In this document: positions 46,816-57,369 of the stretch, one piece after another
Layout of the letters: each line of letters starts with the position of its first letter
How positions within the stretch are numbered: the stretch's first letter is position 1
DNA from: Candidatus Krumholzibacteriota bacterium
GTDB lineage: Bacteria; Krumholzibacteriota; Krumholzibacteriia; JAJRXK01
DNA: 64,000 nucleotides
Direction: 5' to 3'
Assembly (NCBI GenBank): GCA_963764625.1
Contig: CAVXTH010000006.1
Coordinates: 480,001-544,000, forward strand
Made by a program: the position numbers and the translations under genes
Notes under the pieces: generated by a model
Database searches by the model: none
Told to the model about the DNA's origin: nothing
The model's input: the letters and a program-made list of their open reading frames with translations, nothing else

Positions 46816-48717
46816 GTGATTCGGCTCTCTTTCTTTCTCCTATTCTGGTTGGCCGCGACCTCGGCGCGCGCTCAGTCGTCTCCTCAGGGAACGACCGCGC
46901 CGGTCGATTCGACGCGCGCGAAGCAAGCGCCCGATCCCGGACCGCTTCTCCCTTCGTGGGCGGAACGCGCGGCCTTGGGCGAGAGCAACATGGAGTCACT
47001 GCGTCCGACCGGAGTGGACGATTTATTCGAGGCACTTCCCTCGGCTTCACTTCGCGTGGCGGGGGACCGCGGGTTCCCTAGCTATCTCGATCTCTCCCCT
47101 CTGGACGGGGGGAGCGTGGAGATACTGGAGGATGGCATTCCCTCCCGGAGCCCGGGGGACCTCGACTCCGGATTGTGGGACCTCTCCGCCACCGGCGTGG
47201 GCTTCGCCGACCGGCGCCTGCTCGCGGGCTCGGGCGCGATGGGCGGAAGCGCCATGCTCCTCGAGCGCGATCCGGCAGTGTGGGGACAGACTCTCGCCCG
47301 TACTCATTTTTATAAGGGGAAACACGAGAGCTATCTGAGGGGACTATCCTTCACCACTCCGCGTGCCCCCAAGACCCTGCGCTTTGACTATGAAGAGTGG
47401 AAGACCGAGGAGGGCTACCAGTCCAGCCTCGATCCAAGTTTCACTCCCGGCACCGGGTTCGGACGCGCGAAGATGCGACGCTTCGTACTGGAAACTCGCA
47501 TCGACACCGGTCTGGGGCAGTGGAGCGTCGGCTTCGGACGCGGACGCCGCTACCACGACGGGAGTGTGCTGCGGGCGGGGAGCGTCGAGAGATGGACGGG
47601 GCAGGTCTGGACCGGCTTGGATCGTCAGGACGAGCATCACAAGCTCCGGCTTCGCATGTACCACCTGGACTGGCACGATCACGATGCTCTTCACGGCGAG
47701 GAGCGAGACGCCTCGCGTCTCGGACTGCGCGGTCTCTGGACCCCACGCGGCGAAGGGATGCTCCTGGAGGTGAACCTGGAGCGTTGGACGGCCACCTTCC
47801 GCCACACTCTCGGCGTTTCGAATCCGGCTCCACCTCTCGTGGGACGAGTTCGCGCCGGCTGGCGCTTCGACGAAAGCGCGCGTCTGTCCGGAGAGGTTTC
47901 GACCGAGCTCGCCTATGCGGAGCAGGCGGATACGCCATGGGGACTCGGTGGGTTGGCGCGCGCGCGTCTCCGTCTGAGTTCGACATGGTGGGTCACGGCC
48001 AGCACCGGACGTGAGTTGCGCACCCCGACTCTTTTCGAGACGGCAGGGCTTTCCACCCAAGACATGCCCGGCGATTTCGTCTTGCAGCGCATCGGCGCTG
48101 GGCCACTTCCCTTCGAGATCCACGACCGGGTGCGAACCGCATTGGGAAGAAAACTCGGTCGCGGAAATGTCGAGCTGGGGGTCGATCGTTGGTGGCTCCG
48201 TGATGGCATCGGGTGGGTTCCGGAGCAGAACGCGGCGGTGGATGGAAAGGCCTATACCGTCGGAGGGCTGGCGTACTCTGTCGATCAGTTCACTCTGGCG
48301 GCTTCGACCACTTTGGGTTCGACACATCACGGCCTCTCTCTCGAAGTGAACGGTCAGTTGATTCCAAGAGATTTGCCGAGAGTGGAAAGTCGTGGGGCCG
48401 GGTGGCCCAAGAAGAGTGGCTATCTCACTCTGAGGTGGTGGCACGACTTGCTCAGTTCTTACGATCAAGTTCGCGTACTCTACCGCGTCGCCTATGCTGG
48501 ATCTCATTACGACGATATGCTGGCGCCTTTCAGCAACGTGGACGAGTTTGTTCTTCCCTCCACCCGGCAGGATCTGCGGGTGGCGATCAAACTCCGCGAT
48601 GCGGAGGTTTATCTCGAAGTTCACAACCTGATGGACGCCGCACTCTCCGAAGTTTCCGGCACGCGACGTCGAGGCCGCGACCTCCTTTGGGGTTTGGCCT
48701 GGCCGTTTTGGAACTGA
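46816..48717 (+). CDS. TonB-dependent-receptor-like / putative porin outer-membrane protein
   Basis: Signal peptide, a short plug-like segment (DLFEALP...ILEDGIP), amphipathic strands, C-terminal NL.D...GRDLLWGLAWPFWN. Confidence 0.6.
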   Translation: MIRLSFFLLFWLAATSARAQSSPQGTTAPVDSTRAKQAPDPGPLLPSWAERAALGESNMESLRPTGVDDLFEALPSASLRVAGDRGFPSYLDLSPLDGGSVEILEDGIPSRSPGDLDSGLWDLSATGVGFADRRLLAGSGAMGGSAMLLERDPAVWGQTLARTHFYKGKHESYLRGLSFTTPRAPKTLRFDYEEWKTEEGYQSSLDPSFTPGTGFGRAKMRRFVLETRIDTGLGQWSVGFGRGRRYHDGSVLRAGSVERWTGQVWTGLDRQDEHHKLRLRMYHLDWHDHDALHGEERDASRLGLRGLWTPRGEGMLLEVNLERWTATFRHTLGVSNPAPPLVGRVRAGWRFDESARLSGEVSTELAYAEQADTPWGLGGLARARLRLSSTWWVTASTGRELRTPTLFETAGLSTQDMPGDFVLQRIGAGPLPFEIHDRVRTALGRKLGRGNVELGVDRWWLRDGIGWVPEQNAAVDGKAYTVGGLAYSVDQFTLAASTTLGSTHHGLSLEVNGQLIPRDLPRVESRGAGWPKKSGYLTLRWWHDLLSSYDQVRVLYRVAYAGSHYDDMLAPFSNVDEFVLPSTRQDLRVAIKLRDAEVYLEVHNLMDAALSEVSGTRRRGRDLLWGLAWPFWN

Positions 48718-48761
48718 TTTCTCGCGCGGGTTTCACTGCCTCCCGTTGAGGAACGTTTCTG

Positions 48762-49151
48762 GTGTGGCGACAGGCCGCGATTCTGATCCTTATCTTCTTG
48801 ATCGGTTGGGGAGGAGAGATCCTCTCTCGACGTCCGCCTTCGTGGATTCGTGAGGATCCCATCGTTCATCCTTTTGGGCTGGATGAAGAGCGCGAGTCGG
48901 AAGAAGCTGTCTTTAAGGCCGCGAATGACTCTGGTCCGCCCCTGATCACCCCGAGTGCGCCCCTGGACATTAATCGGGCATCCAAAATCGAGCTCTTGGC
49001 CCTGCCTCGGGTGGGACCGGTCCTCGCCGGTCGGATTTTGGCTCTGCGAGATTCTCTCGGCCGCTTCGACGATCCGGAAGATCTCCTGGCGGTAAAGGGA
49101 GTGGGGGAGCGGACTCTGGCCCGCCTACGACCTCTCCTTCGTTTCCGCTGA
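48762..49151 (+). CDS. comEA: ComEA-type helix-hairpin-helix DNA-binding protein
   Basis: N-terminal hydrophobic segment, LDINRAS..ELLALPRVGPVLAGRI, DLLAVKGVGERTL. Confidence 0.85.
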   Translation: MWRQAAILILIFLIGWGGEILSRRPPSWIREDPIVHPFGLDEERESEEAVFKAANDSGPPLITPSAPLDINRASKIELLALPRVGPVLAGRILALRDSLGRFDDPEDLLAVKGVGERTLARLRPLLRFR

Positions 49152-49308
49152 GGTCCCGTGGTTGCCCAACGCCCGCATTGGGCGCAAGCCTTGCAATCTG
49201 CCCCGGTCGCGGCCGGCGCGGCGTTTCGCGCCGTATGGCGTTGGGTGCGCAACCGCCGGAAAACACGGGGCTGAGCCGCTTTGCCGGCCTCAGCTGGAAT
49301 CCGAATCG

Positions 49309-49324
49309 GGGCACGGGCATTGCT
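49309..49324 (+). promoter_or_regulatory. Candidate sigma54 promoter for pilBTC
   Basis: GGGCACGGGCATTGCT, GG-N10-GC with GGCACG and TTGC. Confidence 0.6.
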
Positions 49325-49402
49325 GGTTGCAATGCTTCGAATCGCGGCGCTGCAGGTCGGCGGCCGCATTCTGCAAGTCCTTAGCTCTTCGAGGTCAGCG
49401 CG

Positions 49403-51079
49403 TTGAAGGACAAAATCGCCGGGAAACTGCTAGAAGCCGACTTGGTCAGCCAGAGTGACCTTCAGAAGGCCATCCAGGAGCAGGAGAAAAACGGGGGATC
49501 CCTGGGCGTCAATCTCGTACGTACCGGTGCGCTCTCGGAAGTTGCCTACGCCGACTTTCTCGGCAAGATGTACGACCTCCCCATCGTCAGCCTCGCGGGT
49601 CAGGAGATCGAGGCGGAAGTCACGGCACTCATTCCCGCCGACGTGGTCACCCGTTTTCAGGTCATTCCCTTGTCGCGGCAAGGCCGCATACTCAAGGTTG
49701 CGATGTCGAATCCGTCGAACGTATTTGCGATCGACGACATCAAATTCATCACCGGACTCGAAGTGCAGCCGGTCGTCTGCACCGAGAGTGACATTCGGGG
49801 AGCCATCGATCGCTTCTATGATTCGGCCGACAGTCTCAAAGAGGTGCTCGAGGGACTCGAGGAAGACATCGAGGTCGTAGAAGATGACGAAGAAGATGAC
49901 CTCGGTGCTCTCTCCTCGGCGTCGGAAAATGCCCCGGTCGTCAAGCTGGTGAACTCGGTTCTCTCGGATGCCGTCAAGCGCGGCGCGAGTGATATCCACG
50001 TCGAATGTTACGAACGTCAAATGCGCGTACGTTATCGCGTCGACGGTGTGTTGCAGGAGATGATGAATCCCCCGGCCAAGATGCGCGCCGCGATCATTTC
50101 ACGTTTGAAGATCATGGCCGAGCTGGACATCGCTGAGCGTCGCGTTCCCCAGGACGGACGCATCAAGCTGAAGATCGGCGAGAAGAAAGTCGACCTTCGC
50201 GTCTCTTGCCTGCCCTGCATCTACGGAGAGAAGATCGTTCTCCGTATTCTCGACAAATCGAATCTCCAATTCGATCTCGAGGGCTTCGGGATGGAGGCGA
50301 AAGCCATCACGCACGTACTCAAGGCCGTATCGTCACCCTACGGCATGGTCCTGGTCACCGGACCGACTGGATCCGGAAAGACCACGACCCTATACTCCTG
50401 TCTGAGCCGCCTCAATACCAGCGAAGTGAACATCATGACGGCGGAGGATCCGGTCGAGTACAACCTGGAAGGAATCAACCAGGTCGCGGTGCGTGACGAG
50501 GTGGGCCTCACCTTCGCGGCCGCACTCAAGGCGTTTCTCCGGCAAGACCCCAACATCGTAATGGTGGGGGAAATTCGCGACCTGGAGACCGGGTCCATCG
50601 CGGTAAAGGCGGCCCTCACCGGGCACCTGGTGTTGAGCACGCTCCACACGAACGACGCTCCCGCCACCATCAACCGTATGATCGACATGGGCATCGAGCC
50701 GTTCCTGGTGGCGTCGTCGACGAATCTCATCATGGCCCAGCGTCTCGTGCGACGGATCTGCAAGCATTGCAAGCAGCGGGCGGACATCAGCCGCGAAGTG
50801 CGGGAGGAGCTGGGGATCGACCCCGCAGCCGAAATCTGGGTGGGCGCCGGTTGCCAGGAGTGCAACGACACCGGCTATCGGGGTCGTCAGGGACTCTACG
50901 AGGTCATGCCCATCACCTCGCGAATCCGAGATATCGTTCTCGACCGCGGGGGGACCGCCGAAATTCGTCAGGCAGCCATCGAGGAGGGTATGCTCACCCT
51001 CCGCCGCGATGGTCTGCGACAGGTTGAAAAGGGAGTGACCACCATCGAAGAGGTCCTCCGTGAAACCGCGGAACTTTAA
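49403..51079 (+). CDS. pilB: Type IV-A pilus assembly ATPase
   Basis: T2SSE_N domain, ASDIH, LDIAERRVPQDGR, GPTGSGKTTTLY, TAEDPVEY, LRQDP, CKHC...CQEC zinc motif. TTG start with GAGG RBS. Confidence 0.96.
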   Translation: MKDKIAGKLLEADLVSQSDLQKAIQEQEKNGGSLGVNLVRTGALSEVAYADFLGKMYDLPIVSLAGQEIEAEVTALIPADVVTRFQVIPLSRQGRILKVAMSNPSNVFAIDDIKFITGLEVQPVVCTESDIRGAIDRFYDSADSLKEVLEGLEEDIEVVEDDEEDDLGALSSASENAPVVKLVNSVLSDAVKRGASDIHVECYERQMRVRYRVDGVLQEMMNPPAKMRAAIISRLKIMAELDIAERRVPQDGRIKLKIGEKKVDLRVSCLPCIYGEKIVLRILDKSNLQFDLEGFGMEAKAITHVLKAVSSPYGMVLVTGPTGSGKTTTLYSCLSRLNTSEVNIMTAEDPVEYNLEGINQVAVRDEVGLTFAAALKAFLRQDPNIVMVGEIRDLETGSIAVKAALTGHLVLSTLHTNDAPATINRMIDMGIEPFLVASSTNLIMAQRLVRRICKHCKQRADISREVREELGIDPAAEIWVGAGCQECNDTGYRGRQGLYEVMPITSRIRDIVLDRGGTAEIRQAAIEEGMLTLRRDGLRQVEKGVTTIEEVLRETAEL

Positions 51080-51090
51080 CGGAGGGCGCG

Positions 51091-52161
51091 ATGATCAGCC
51101 TGCGTGAACTTCTCGAAGAGATGGTGTCCAAGGACGCCAGCGACTTGCACCTGACGGCGGGTCTTCCACCCCAATTTCGGGTGGACGGCGAAATCGTCAG
51201 CTCGAGATTCGACGTGCTGACGGCAGACGATACGCGCGCTCTGGCGTATTCGGTTCTGAACGACGAACAGAAGAAGATCTTCGAGAACGAGAAAGAGCTC
51301 GATCTGAGCTTCGGAGTTCAGGGCCTGAGCCGGTTTCGCGCAAACGTGTTCTTGCAGCGCGGAGTGACCACCACGGCGATTCGTCAGATTCCCTACGATA
51401 TTCTCGGCTTCGACAAGTTGGGTTTGCCCAAGGCGGTCAAGCGTTTCGCCGAGCTGCCCCGTGGACTGGTCCTGGTGACAGGCCCGACCGGATCGGGTAA
51501 GTCGACCACCCTCGCCAGCATGATCGATTGGATCAATCAACACCGCGCGTGTCACATCCTCACGATCGAGGATCCCATCGAGTACGTTCACGCTCACAAA
51601 AAGAGCATGGTGAACCAGCGCGAGCTTCATACCGATACCGACTCCTTTCCCAACGCTTTGAAATACGTACTTCGCCAGGACCCGGACGTGATTCTGATCG
51701 GCGAGATGCGCGACCGAGAGACGATTGCGGCGGCCCTGACGATCGCCGAGACCGGGCACCTGGCTCTCGCGACCCTCCACACGAATTCGACCTACGAATC
51801 GATCAACCGTATCGTGGACGTTTTCCCGGAGAACCAGCAGAACCAGATTCGCGCGCAGCTGGCATTTGTGCTCGAGGGGGTCATCACGCAACAGTTGATC
51901 CCCCGGCACCGGGCGCGCGGACGCGCTCTCTGTTCGGAAGTGATGATGTGTACCCCGGCCATCAAAGCGCTCATCCGCGATTCCAAGATCCACCAGATCT
52001 ACGGAATCATGCAGGCGGGACAGAAGTATGGCATGCAGACGATGAACCAGTCTCTCTACCAGAGCTACACGAATCGAATGATCAGTTATGACGATGCGCT
52101 GAATCGCTCGGCGGACCCCGAAGAGCTGCTCAAGATGATTGGTGAGACCGTAAAGGTCTAA
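51091..52161 (+). CDS. pilT: Type IV pilus retraction ATPase
   Basis: ASDLHL, RFRANVF.QRG, GPTGSGKSTTLA, TIEDPIE, AETGHL, AIKALIR (AIRNLIRE-like), GMQTM. Confidence 0.96.
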   Translation: MISLRELLEEMVSKDASDLHLTAGLPPQFRVDGEIVSSRFDVLTADDTRALAYSVLNDEQKKIFENEKELDLSFGVQGLSRFRANVFLQRGVTTTAIRQIPYDILGFDKLGLPKAVKRFAELPRGLVLVTGPTGSGKSTTLASMIDWINQHRACHILTIEDPIEYVHAHKKSMVNQRELHTDTDSFPNALKYVLRQDPDVILIGEMRDRETIAAALTIAETGHLALATLHTNSTYESINRIVDVFPENQQNQIRAQLAFVLEGVITQQLIPRHRARGRALCSEVMMCTPAIKALIRDSKIHQIYGIMQAGQKYGMQTMNQSLYQSYTNRMISYDDALNRSADPEELLKMIGETVKV

Positions 52162-52182
52162 GCCAAGCTAGGAGGAACGAAC

Positions 52183-53397
52183 GTGGCCACAATTACGTTT
52201 CAGTGGAAGGGAGTGAACCCGCAGGGTGAAGCTCTCAGTGGCGAGATGGTAGCCACCACCAAGCAGGAAGCGGTCGCGAATCTGCGCCGGAAGCGGATTG
52301 TCATCAAGTCGATCCGCGCGAAATCGAAGGACTTGAAATTCCCTGGATTCAAGAAGGGCGTTAGTGTCAAGGATCTCTCCATCTTCACCCGGCAGTTCTC
52401 CACCATGGTCAACGCCGGTTTGCCCCTGGTGCAGTGTCTCGACATTCTCGGCAAACAAACTCAGCACGTCTTTTTCAAGCAAGCCATCCAGACGGTGATG
52501 AGCGACGTTGAAGGTGGTACCACGCTGGCCGAGGGCCTGGGAAAGCATAAGGGCATCTGGAGCGACCTCTACGTGAACATGGTCGATGCCGGGGAGCAGG
52601 GCGGTATCTTGGACGTGATTCTCTCGCGTCTCGCGGTCTATCTGGAAAAGGCCGACGCTCTGCAGCGCAAGATCAAGAGCGCCATGACCTATCCGACCAT
52701 CGTCATGGTGGTGGCGGGCGGCGCCACCGTCTTCATGCTGATATTCGTCATCCCGGTATTCGCCAAGATGTTCTCCGATTTCGGCGGTCAATTGCCCACT
52801 CCGACCCGCGTGGTGATGGGTCTGTCGACTTTCTTGCGTTCCTGGTGGTGGCTGCTCGCCGGGATGGGTGTCGGAGCCGTGGCCGCCTACAAGATGGCCC
52901 GCAAGAACTACAAGGCCAGCCGCGCCATCGATGCATTCCTGCTCAAGATCCCCATCGTGGGCAATGTCCTGCGCAAGGGCTCCGTGGCTCGCTTCACGCG
53001 TACTCTGGGAACTCTCGTGAGCTCGGGTGTACCGATTCTGCAGGGTCTGGAGATCACAGCCCGTACGGCGGGAAATCTGGTGATCACTGAAGCGATCCAG
53101 GGCACCCGCGAGAGCATCAGCCAGGGTGAGACCATCTCCGAGCCGCTGAAGCGGTGTGACGTGTTTCCGCCCATGGTTGTGCAGATGATCGCGGTGGGCG
53201 AGCAGACCGGCGCCCTCGACGAAATGCTGGGCAAGATCGCGGATTTCTACGACGACGAAGTGGATTCCGCGGTGGAGCAGCTCACGGCTGCCATTGAGCC
53301 GATCATGATCGTGGTCATGGGTGTGATGGTGGGTGGAATGCTCATCGCCATGTATCTGCCGATGTTCAAGATGGCGAGTGTCATCAGCGGAGGCTAA
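52183..53397 (+). CDS. pilC: Type IV pilus platform protein (T2SS F family)
   Basis: FTRQFSTMVNAGLPLV, AGEQGGILD, AMTYP, GEQTGALDEML, IEP, MYLPMF. Confidence 0.95.
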   Translation: MATITFQWKGVNPQGEALSGEMVATTKQEAVANLRRKRIVIKSIRAKSKDLKFPGFKKGVSVKDLSIFTRQFSTMVNAGLPLVQCLDILGKQTQHVFFKQAIQTVMSDVEGGTTLAEGLGKHKGIWSDLYVNMVDAGEQGGILDVILSRLAVYLEKADALQRKIKSAMTYPTIVMVVAGGATVFMLIFVIPVFAKMFSDFGGQLPTPTRVVMGLSTFLRSWWWLLAGMGVGAVAAYKMARKNYKASRAIDAFLLKIPIVGNVLRKGSVARFTRTLGTLVSSGVPILQGLEITARTAGNLVITEAIQGTRESISQGETISEPLKRCDVFPPMVVQMIAVGEQTGALDEMLGKIADFYDDEVDSAVEQLTAAIEPIMIVVMGVMVGGMLIAMYLPMFKMASVISGG

Positions 53398-53449
53398 GAG
53401 TCGACTTCCGCGAGTTTTTTGCGCGGCGATCCTATGGGGGGAATCGGAC

Positions 53450-55147
53450 GTGAGTGAGAAGAGGGATTCGTCCTTCCAGCAGTGGTTCTTTTTGCGGCTG
53501 ACGGTGGCGACGCTCGTCGTCTCCGCGGGAATCATCCTGCTCTCCTTGGGCGCCGAACACGTAGCCCGTACCGCGCTTTTCGTCTGCCTCGCCGCCCAGT
53601 ATCTCGGCATCGGAGCTGGCTACGTGGCCTGGCGTTCCGGGGTCCCGCGGCTCTGGGTCCAGACCTCGGGCTTGATCCTCGACGTCACTCTCATCACCGT
53701 CTTGATGCATCTCACGGGCGGAGTGGGGAGCGTTTTCACTCTCCTCTACTTCTTCCCGATTCTCCTGGCTTCCTCGACCCAGAGACGGCGCGGGGCCCTC
53801 ACCACCGCAATCGTCTGCTCCCTCACCATTCTGGGCTACGAAGTACTGGTGGCCACGAGGGTACTTGCGCCTCCGGTTCTCTTCTTCAACGCGGCGCCCC
53901 TGCACCGGCGGGAGCTGCTTCAAGTCCAATTCGCGGTCGGCCTGTTCTTGATCATCGGTTATCTCGCGGGGGAACTTGCGCAACGGGTCGATGCGAAGGC
54001 ACAGCAACTCGCCGCCAAGCGGGATGAACTGGCCCGGCATCGCCTCGAGATTCAGGGAATTCTGGACAACATGAGCAGCGGTGTCGTGACCATCGACGAA
54101 AAGGGTCTCGTCCAACGCCTGAATCCGGCGGCCGGCGAGATCCTCGGCGTCAACGTGGACAAGCTCCGCGGCCTGTCCATCGAGAGCACCCTCGGGCCGA
54201 TCATGCCGACCTTCGTCTCTCATCTGCGTGAAGCGTTGCGAGACGGGAAGGCCGCTCAACGGGTCGAGCTCAATATCATGCGGCGGGATACGACGATCGT
54301 TCCCATCGGGGTGAGCATCAGCCAGCAATACGACCAAGAGGGGCAGCGGACCGGCATCATCGCCGTGTTCCAGGATTTGACGGAGGTGCTCAGGATGCGG
54401 GCGAGAATGCGCGCGAACGATCGGCTCGCCGCCATTGGCGAGCTCTCGGCCGGCATTGCCCACGAGATCCGGAACCCCCTGGCGAGCATTCGAGGCTGCG
54501 TTGAGATGCTCTCTAGCGAGTTGGCGGTCGAAGGAGAAAACCTGCGTCTGATGAGCCTCGTGCTCAAGGAAAGTGAGCGTCTCAATCGGATCATCGAGGA
54601 CTTCCTCGAGTACGCCCGACTTCGCCCCCAGGCTCCGCGCAAGGTTCATTTGGGGGTCTTGCTCGACGACCTCTGCACGATGCTGCGACGACGGGACGAT
54701 TTGGGATCGAACGCGTCGGTCGAGTTGGACCCGTCCGACGCCGACTACGTGGTGGATGTCGACGAAGAGCAGATGTCTCAGGTGTTTCTGAACCTGGCGC
54801 TCAACGCCTTTCAGGCCATGAGCAATGGCGGGAAGTTGAGAATCGCCACTGAGCTGCGGCCCAAGGAACAACCGCCGGAAGTGGCGATCCGCTTCATGGA
54901 TCAGGGCGAAGGCATCGACGAGGAATCGCTGGCTCACGTCTTCGACCCGTTCTTCACCACTAAGAGTGAGGGAACTGGACTCGGACTGTCGATGGCGAAT
55001 CGAATCGTGCACAACCACGAAGGGCGAATCGAGTTTTCCAATCTCGCCGAGGGAGGAGCCGAGTTTGCGGTTCATCTTCCTCTGATTGGGGTATGGCGCG
55101 ACGGAGATCTCGTCGCGACAAATTACGTATTCGCCGAAAGCATGTGA
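53450..55147 (+). CDS. pilS: PilS-like PAS sensor histidine kinase
   Basis: Six TM-like segments with TGG..S.F.LLY, a PAS domain, AHEIRNPL, NLALNA, DQGEGI, FFTTK, GTGLGL. Confidence 0.88.
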   Translation: MSEKRDSSFQQWFFLRLTVATLVVSAGIILLSLGAEHVARTALFVCLAAQYLGIGAGYVAWRSGVPRLWVQTSGLILDVTLITVLMHLTGGVGSVFTLLYFFPILLASSTQRRRGALTTAIVCSLTILGYEVLVATRVLAPPVLFFNAAPLHRRELLQVQFAVGLFLIIGYLAGELAQRVDAKAQQLAAKRDELARHRLEIQGILDNMSSGVVTIDEKGLVQRLNPAAGEILGVNVDKLRGLSIESTLGPIMPTFVSHLREALRDGKAAQRVELNIMRRDTTIVPIGVSISQQYDQEGQRTGIIAVFQDLTEVLRMRARMRANDRLAAIGELSAGIAHEIRNPLASIRGCVEMLSSELAVEGENLRLMSLVLKESERLNRIIEDFLEYARLRPQAPRKVHLGVLLDDLCTMLRRRDDLGSNASVELDPSDADYVVDVDEEQMSQVFLNLALNAFQAMSNGGKLRIATELRPKEQPPEVAIRFMDQGEGIDEESLAHVFDPFFTTKSEGTGLGLSMANRIVHNHEGRIEFSNLAEGGAEFAVHLPLIGVWRDGDLVATNYVFAESM

Positions 55148-55168
55148 GGACAGGAAAGGACCGACGTG

Positions 55169-56604
55169 ATGAGTGACGGAAGAATTCTGATCGTGGATGA
55201 CGAGGAGAGTATGTGCCAATTCCTGGCGATCATGCTGCGCAAGGAGGGTTTTACGGTGCACGCGGTCACCAGCGGGGTGGAGGCGTTGCGCGAGATGAAG
55301 AAGAACCCCTATGACATCGTCATGACGGATATCCAGATGCCTCGCATGGACGGCATCCAGGTTCTCAGCGGAGTCAAGGCCATCGATCCCTCGGTGCCGG
55401 TCATCATCATGACGGCGTACGCGAGCCAAAAGACCGCGATCGAAGCGGTAAACAAGGGCGCGTTCCACTATCTGAACAAGCACGCCAAGAACGACGAAAT
55501 CAAAATGGTGGTTCGCAACGCTCTCGAGGTGAAAAAGGTCAAGAGCGAGAATGTGCAGCTCAAACGGGCGCTCAGCACGAATGCGCGCAAAGTCGACCCG
55601 TCTGATCGGAAAGAGCGACGAACTCCAAAAGGTACTCCGCTTGGTGGACAAGATTGCCATCGCCGAGAGCAACGTCCTGATCTACGGGGAAAGTGGTACG
55701 GGCAAGGAACTCATAGCCCGTTCGATCCACGAAAAGAGTCACCGCGCCAACGGCCCCTTCATCACCATCAACTGCGGGGCCCTTCCCGAGAGCCTTCTCG
55801 AGAGCGAGCTGTTCGGTCACGTCAAGGGCTCTTTCACGAACGCGATCCGCGACAAGGAGGGCATGTTCAAGGTGGCTTGCGGCGGGACTTTCTTCCTGGA
55901 TGAGATCGGGGAGACAAGCCCCGCGATTCAGGTGAAACTACTGCGCGCTATCCAGGAGCGAGAGATCATTCCGGTAGGCGGAACCAAGCCGATCAAGGTC
56001 GACACCCGCATCATCGCGGCCACCAATCGCGATCTGGAGCGAGAGGTGCGGTTGGGAAACTTTCGCGCCGATCTCTACTATCGTCTCAACGTGATCCAGG
56101 TGACACTGCCGCCGCTGCGCGATCGCGCGGACGACATCCCTCTTCTCATCGATCACTTTCTCAAGCAGTACAAGCTCAATTACGAGGGAAACGTCAAGGG
56201 GCGCGATGAGTCAGGAAACCCTGGAGATTCTCCAGAACCACGCCTGGCCCGGAAACGTGCGCGAGCTGGAGAACGTCATCGAGCGCGCCGTGATTCTGCA
56301 GGAGGAGGAGGATCTCATGACGCCGGTCGATCTGCCCGAGAAGCTCTACGAAGGAACGCAGGGGGAGAGCACGATCAACCTGCGCGAGTCGGGCATCACG
56401 CTCGAAGAGCTGGAAAAGAAATATATGATCAAAGTTCTGACGGAGACCGGATGGCACAAGAAGAAAGCAGCGGAAATCCTGGGGATCAACCCTTCGACTC
56501 TCTACCGCAAGATCAAGACTTACGGCCTGATTCCGCCGGGGGGTATGGGGATGGAATCCACGGAGGGACAGGACGAGGAAGAAGAGGAAACCCTCGGTGT
56601 CTAG
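55169..56604 (+). CDS. pilR: PilR-like sigma54-dependent response regulator; +1 frameshifts near 55598 and 56200
   Basis: Receiver domain (ILIVDDE, DIQMP); AAA+ domain [38 protein letters not shown]; [14 protein letters not shown]; Fis-type [18 protein letters not shown]. Confidence 0.88.
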
Positions 56605-56699
56605 GACTGGCATTCCGCCACTTGCAGGCTGCAAAGCCCTCCATTGCCCGGTGGCAACGGAGCCCGGGGTCGGAAAATCTCGGGCTCTATCGTGCGATG

Positions 56700-56712
56700 A
56701 AGCAAGGACTTA
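56700..56712 (+). promoter_or_regulatory. Candidate IHF site between enhancer and pilA promoter
   Basis: AAGCAAGGACTTA versus consensus WATCAANNNNTTR (one mismatch). Confidence 0.45.
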
Positions 56713-56736
56713 GAAGAGTCCTCCGGAAGTGGACGG

Positions 56737-56753
56737 TTGGCACGGCGTCTGCT
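56737..56753 (+). promoter_or_regulatory. Sigma54 promoter of the major pilin gene
   Basis: TTGGCACGGCGTCTGCT, exact spacing. Lies directly downstream of pilR, as in known PilR-controlled pilA promoters. Confidence 0.75.
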
Positions 56754-56829
56754 TTGAACGCCAACAGCCGTAACTCACCCGAGACCCCCGGCGATTCTCG
56801 CACGGGGATGGGAAACTCTTGAGGAGGCC

Positions 56830-57271
56830 ATGAAAGTGAAGAACAACTCCGGTTTTACCCTGATCGAGCTCATGATCGTTGTGGTCATCATCGGTATCCT
56901 TGCCGCGATTGCCATCCCGAACTTCATCTCGATGCAGGATCGCGCCAAAGAGGCGTCCACGAAATCCAATTGCCATACCGTGCAGCTCGCCGCCGAGGAC
57001 TTCGGCGTGCGCAACGATGGTGTCTATGCCGCCAACTTGGCTGACGGTGGAACCACCGTTCCCGCACAGACCATCATCGATTTGCTGCCTGGACAGGCCA
57101 ATCTGACCAACCCCTTCACCAAGGCTCGCGACTGAGCCCGTGGGCTGCGCTGCCGCTAACCCCGGCGAGACCGGCTACGTGGCGATCGACCAGGGTCAGG
57201 GTCCCGTAGGATATACCATCACGGGTTTTGGCAAGACGGCTCTGGTTATCACTCTGTCAAGCGGTCAGTAG
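56830..57271 (+). CDS. pilA: Type IVa major pilin; +1 frameshift near 57128
   Basis: RBS GAGGAGG and prepilin site G|FTLIELMIVVVIIGILAAIAIPNF. After the early TGA (57135) the next frame reads TEPVGCAAANPGETGY...VGYTITGFG...ITLSSGQ*, which aligns with the C-terminus of the downstream paralog. Confidence 0.88.
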
Positions 57272-57306
57272 GAAGACTCCTTCCAGTTTAGAGACTGACC
57301 TGGTTT

Positions 57307-57342
57307 GAAGGGCCGTGTGGGAGTGAATCCATGCGGCCCTTC
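57307..57342 (+). other. 14-bp stem-loop between the two pilin genes
   Basis: GAAGGGCCGTGTGG-gagtgaat-CCATGCGGCCCTTC, with two G-U pairs and no U-tail. Confidence 0.65.
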
Positions 57343-57369
57343 CACTACCTACCGCACAGCGAGAACGTC

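Noticed and set aside
49180-49195. Second GG-N10-GC motif (GGGCGCAAGCCTTGCA) upstream of pilB
   Set aside because: Spacing is correct but the -24 is weaker, it is far from pilB, and it overlaps the candidate enhancer of the better site at 49309. Not fully excluded.
53432-55672. Long antisense ORFs (746 aa here; also 42083-43807, 25620-27575, 32813-34543, 311-1498, 12056-13246)
   Set aside because: They mirror well-supported genes on the other strand, have no recognisable motifs, and are expected shadows of high-GC codon usage.
56854-57135. First pilin as a short Geobacter-type conductive e-pilin
   Set aside because: The shortness comes from a frameshift, since the C-terminus continues in the next frame and matches the paralog. 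Positions 27 and 32 are M and K, not aromatic.
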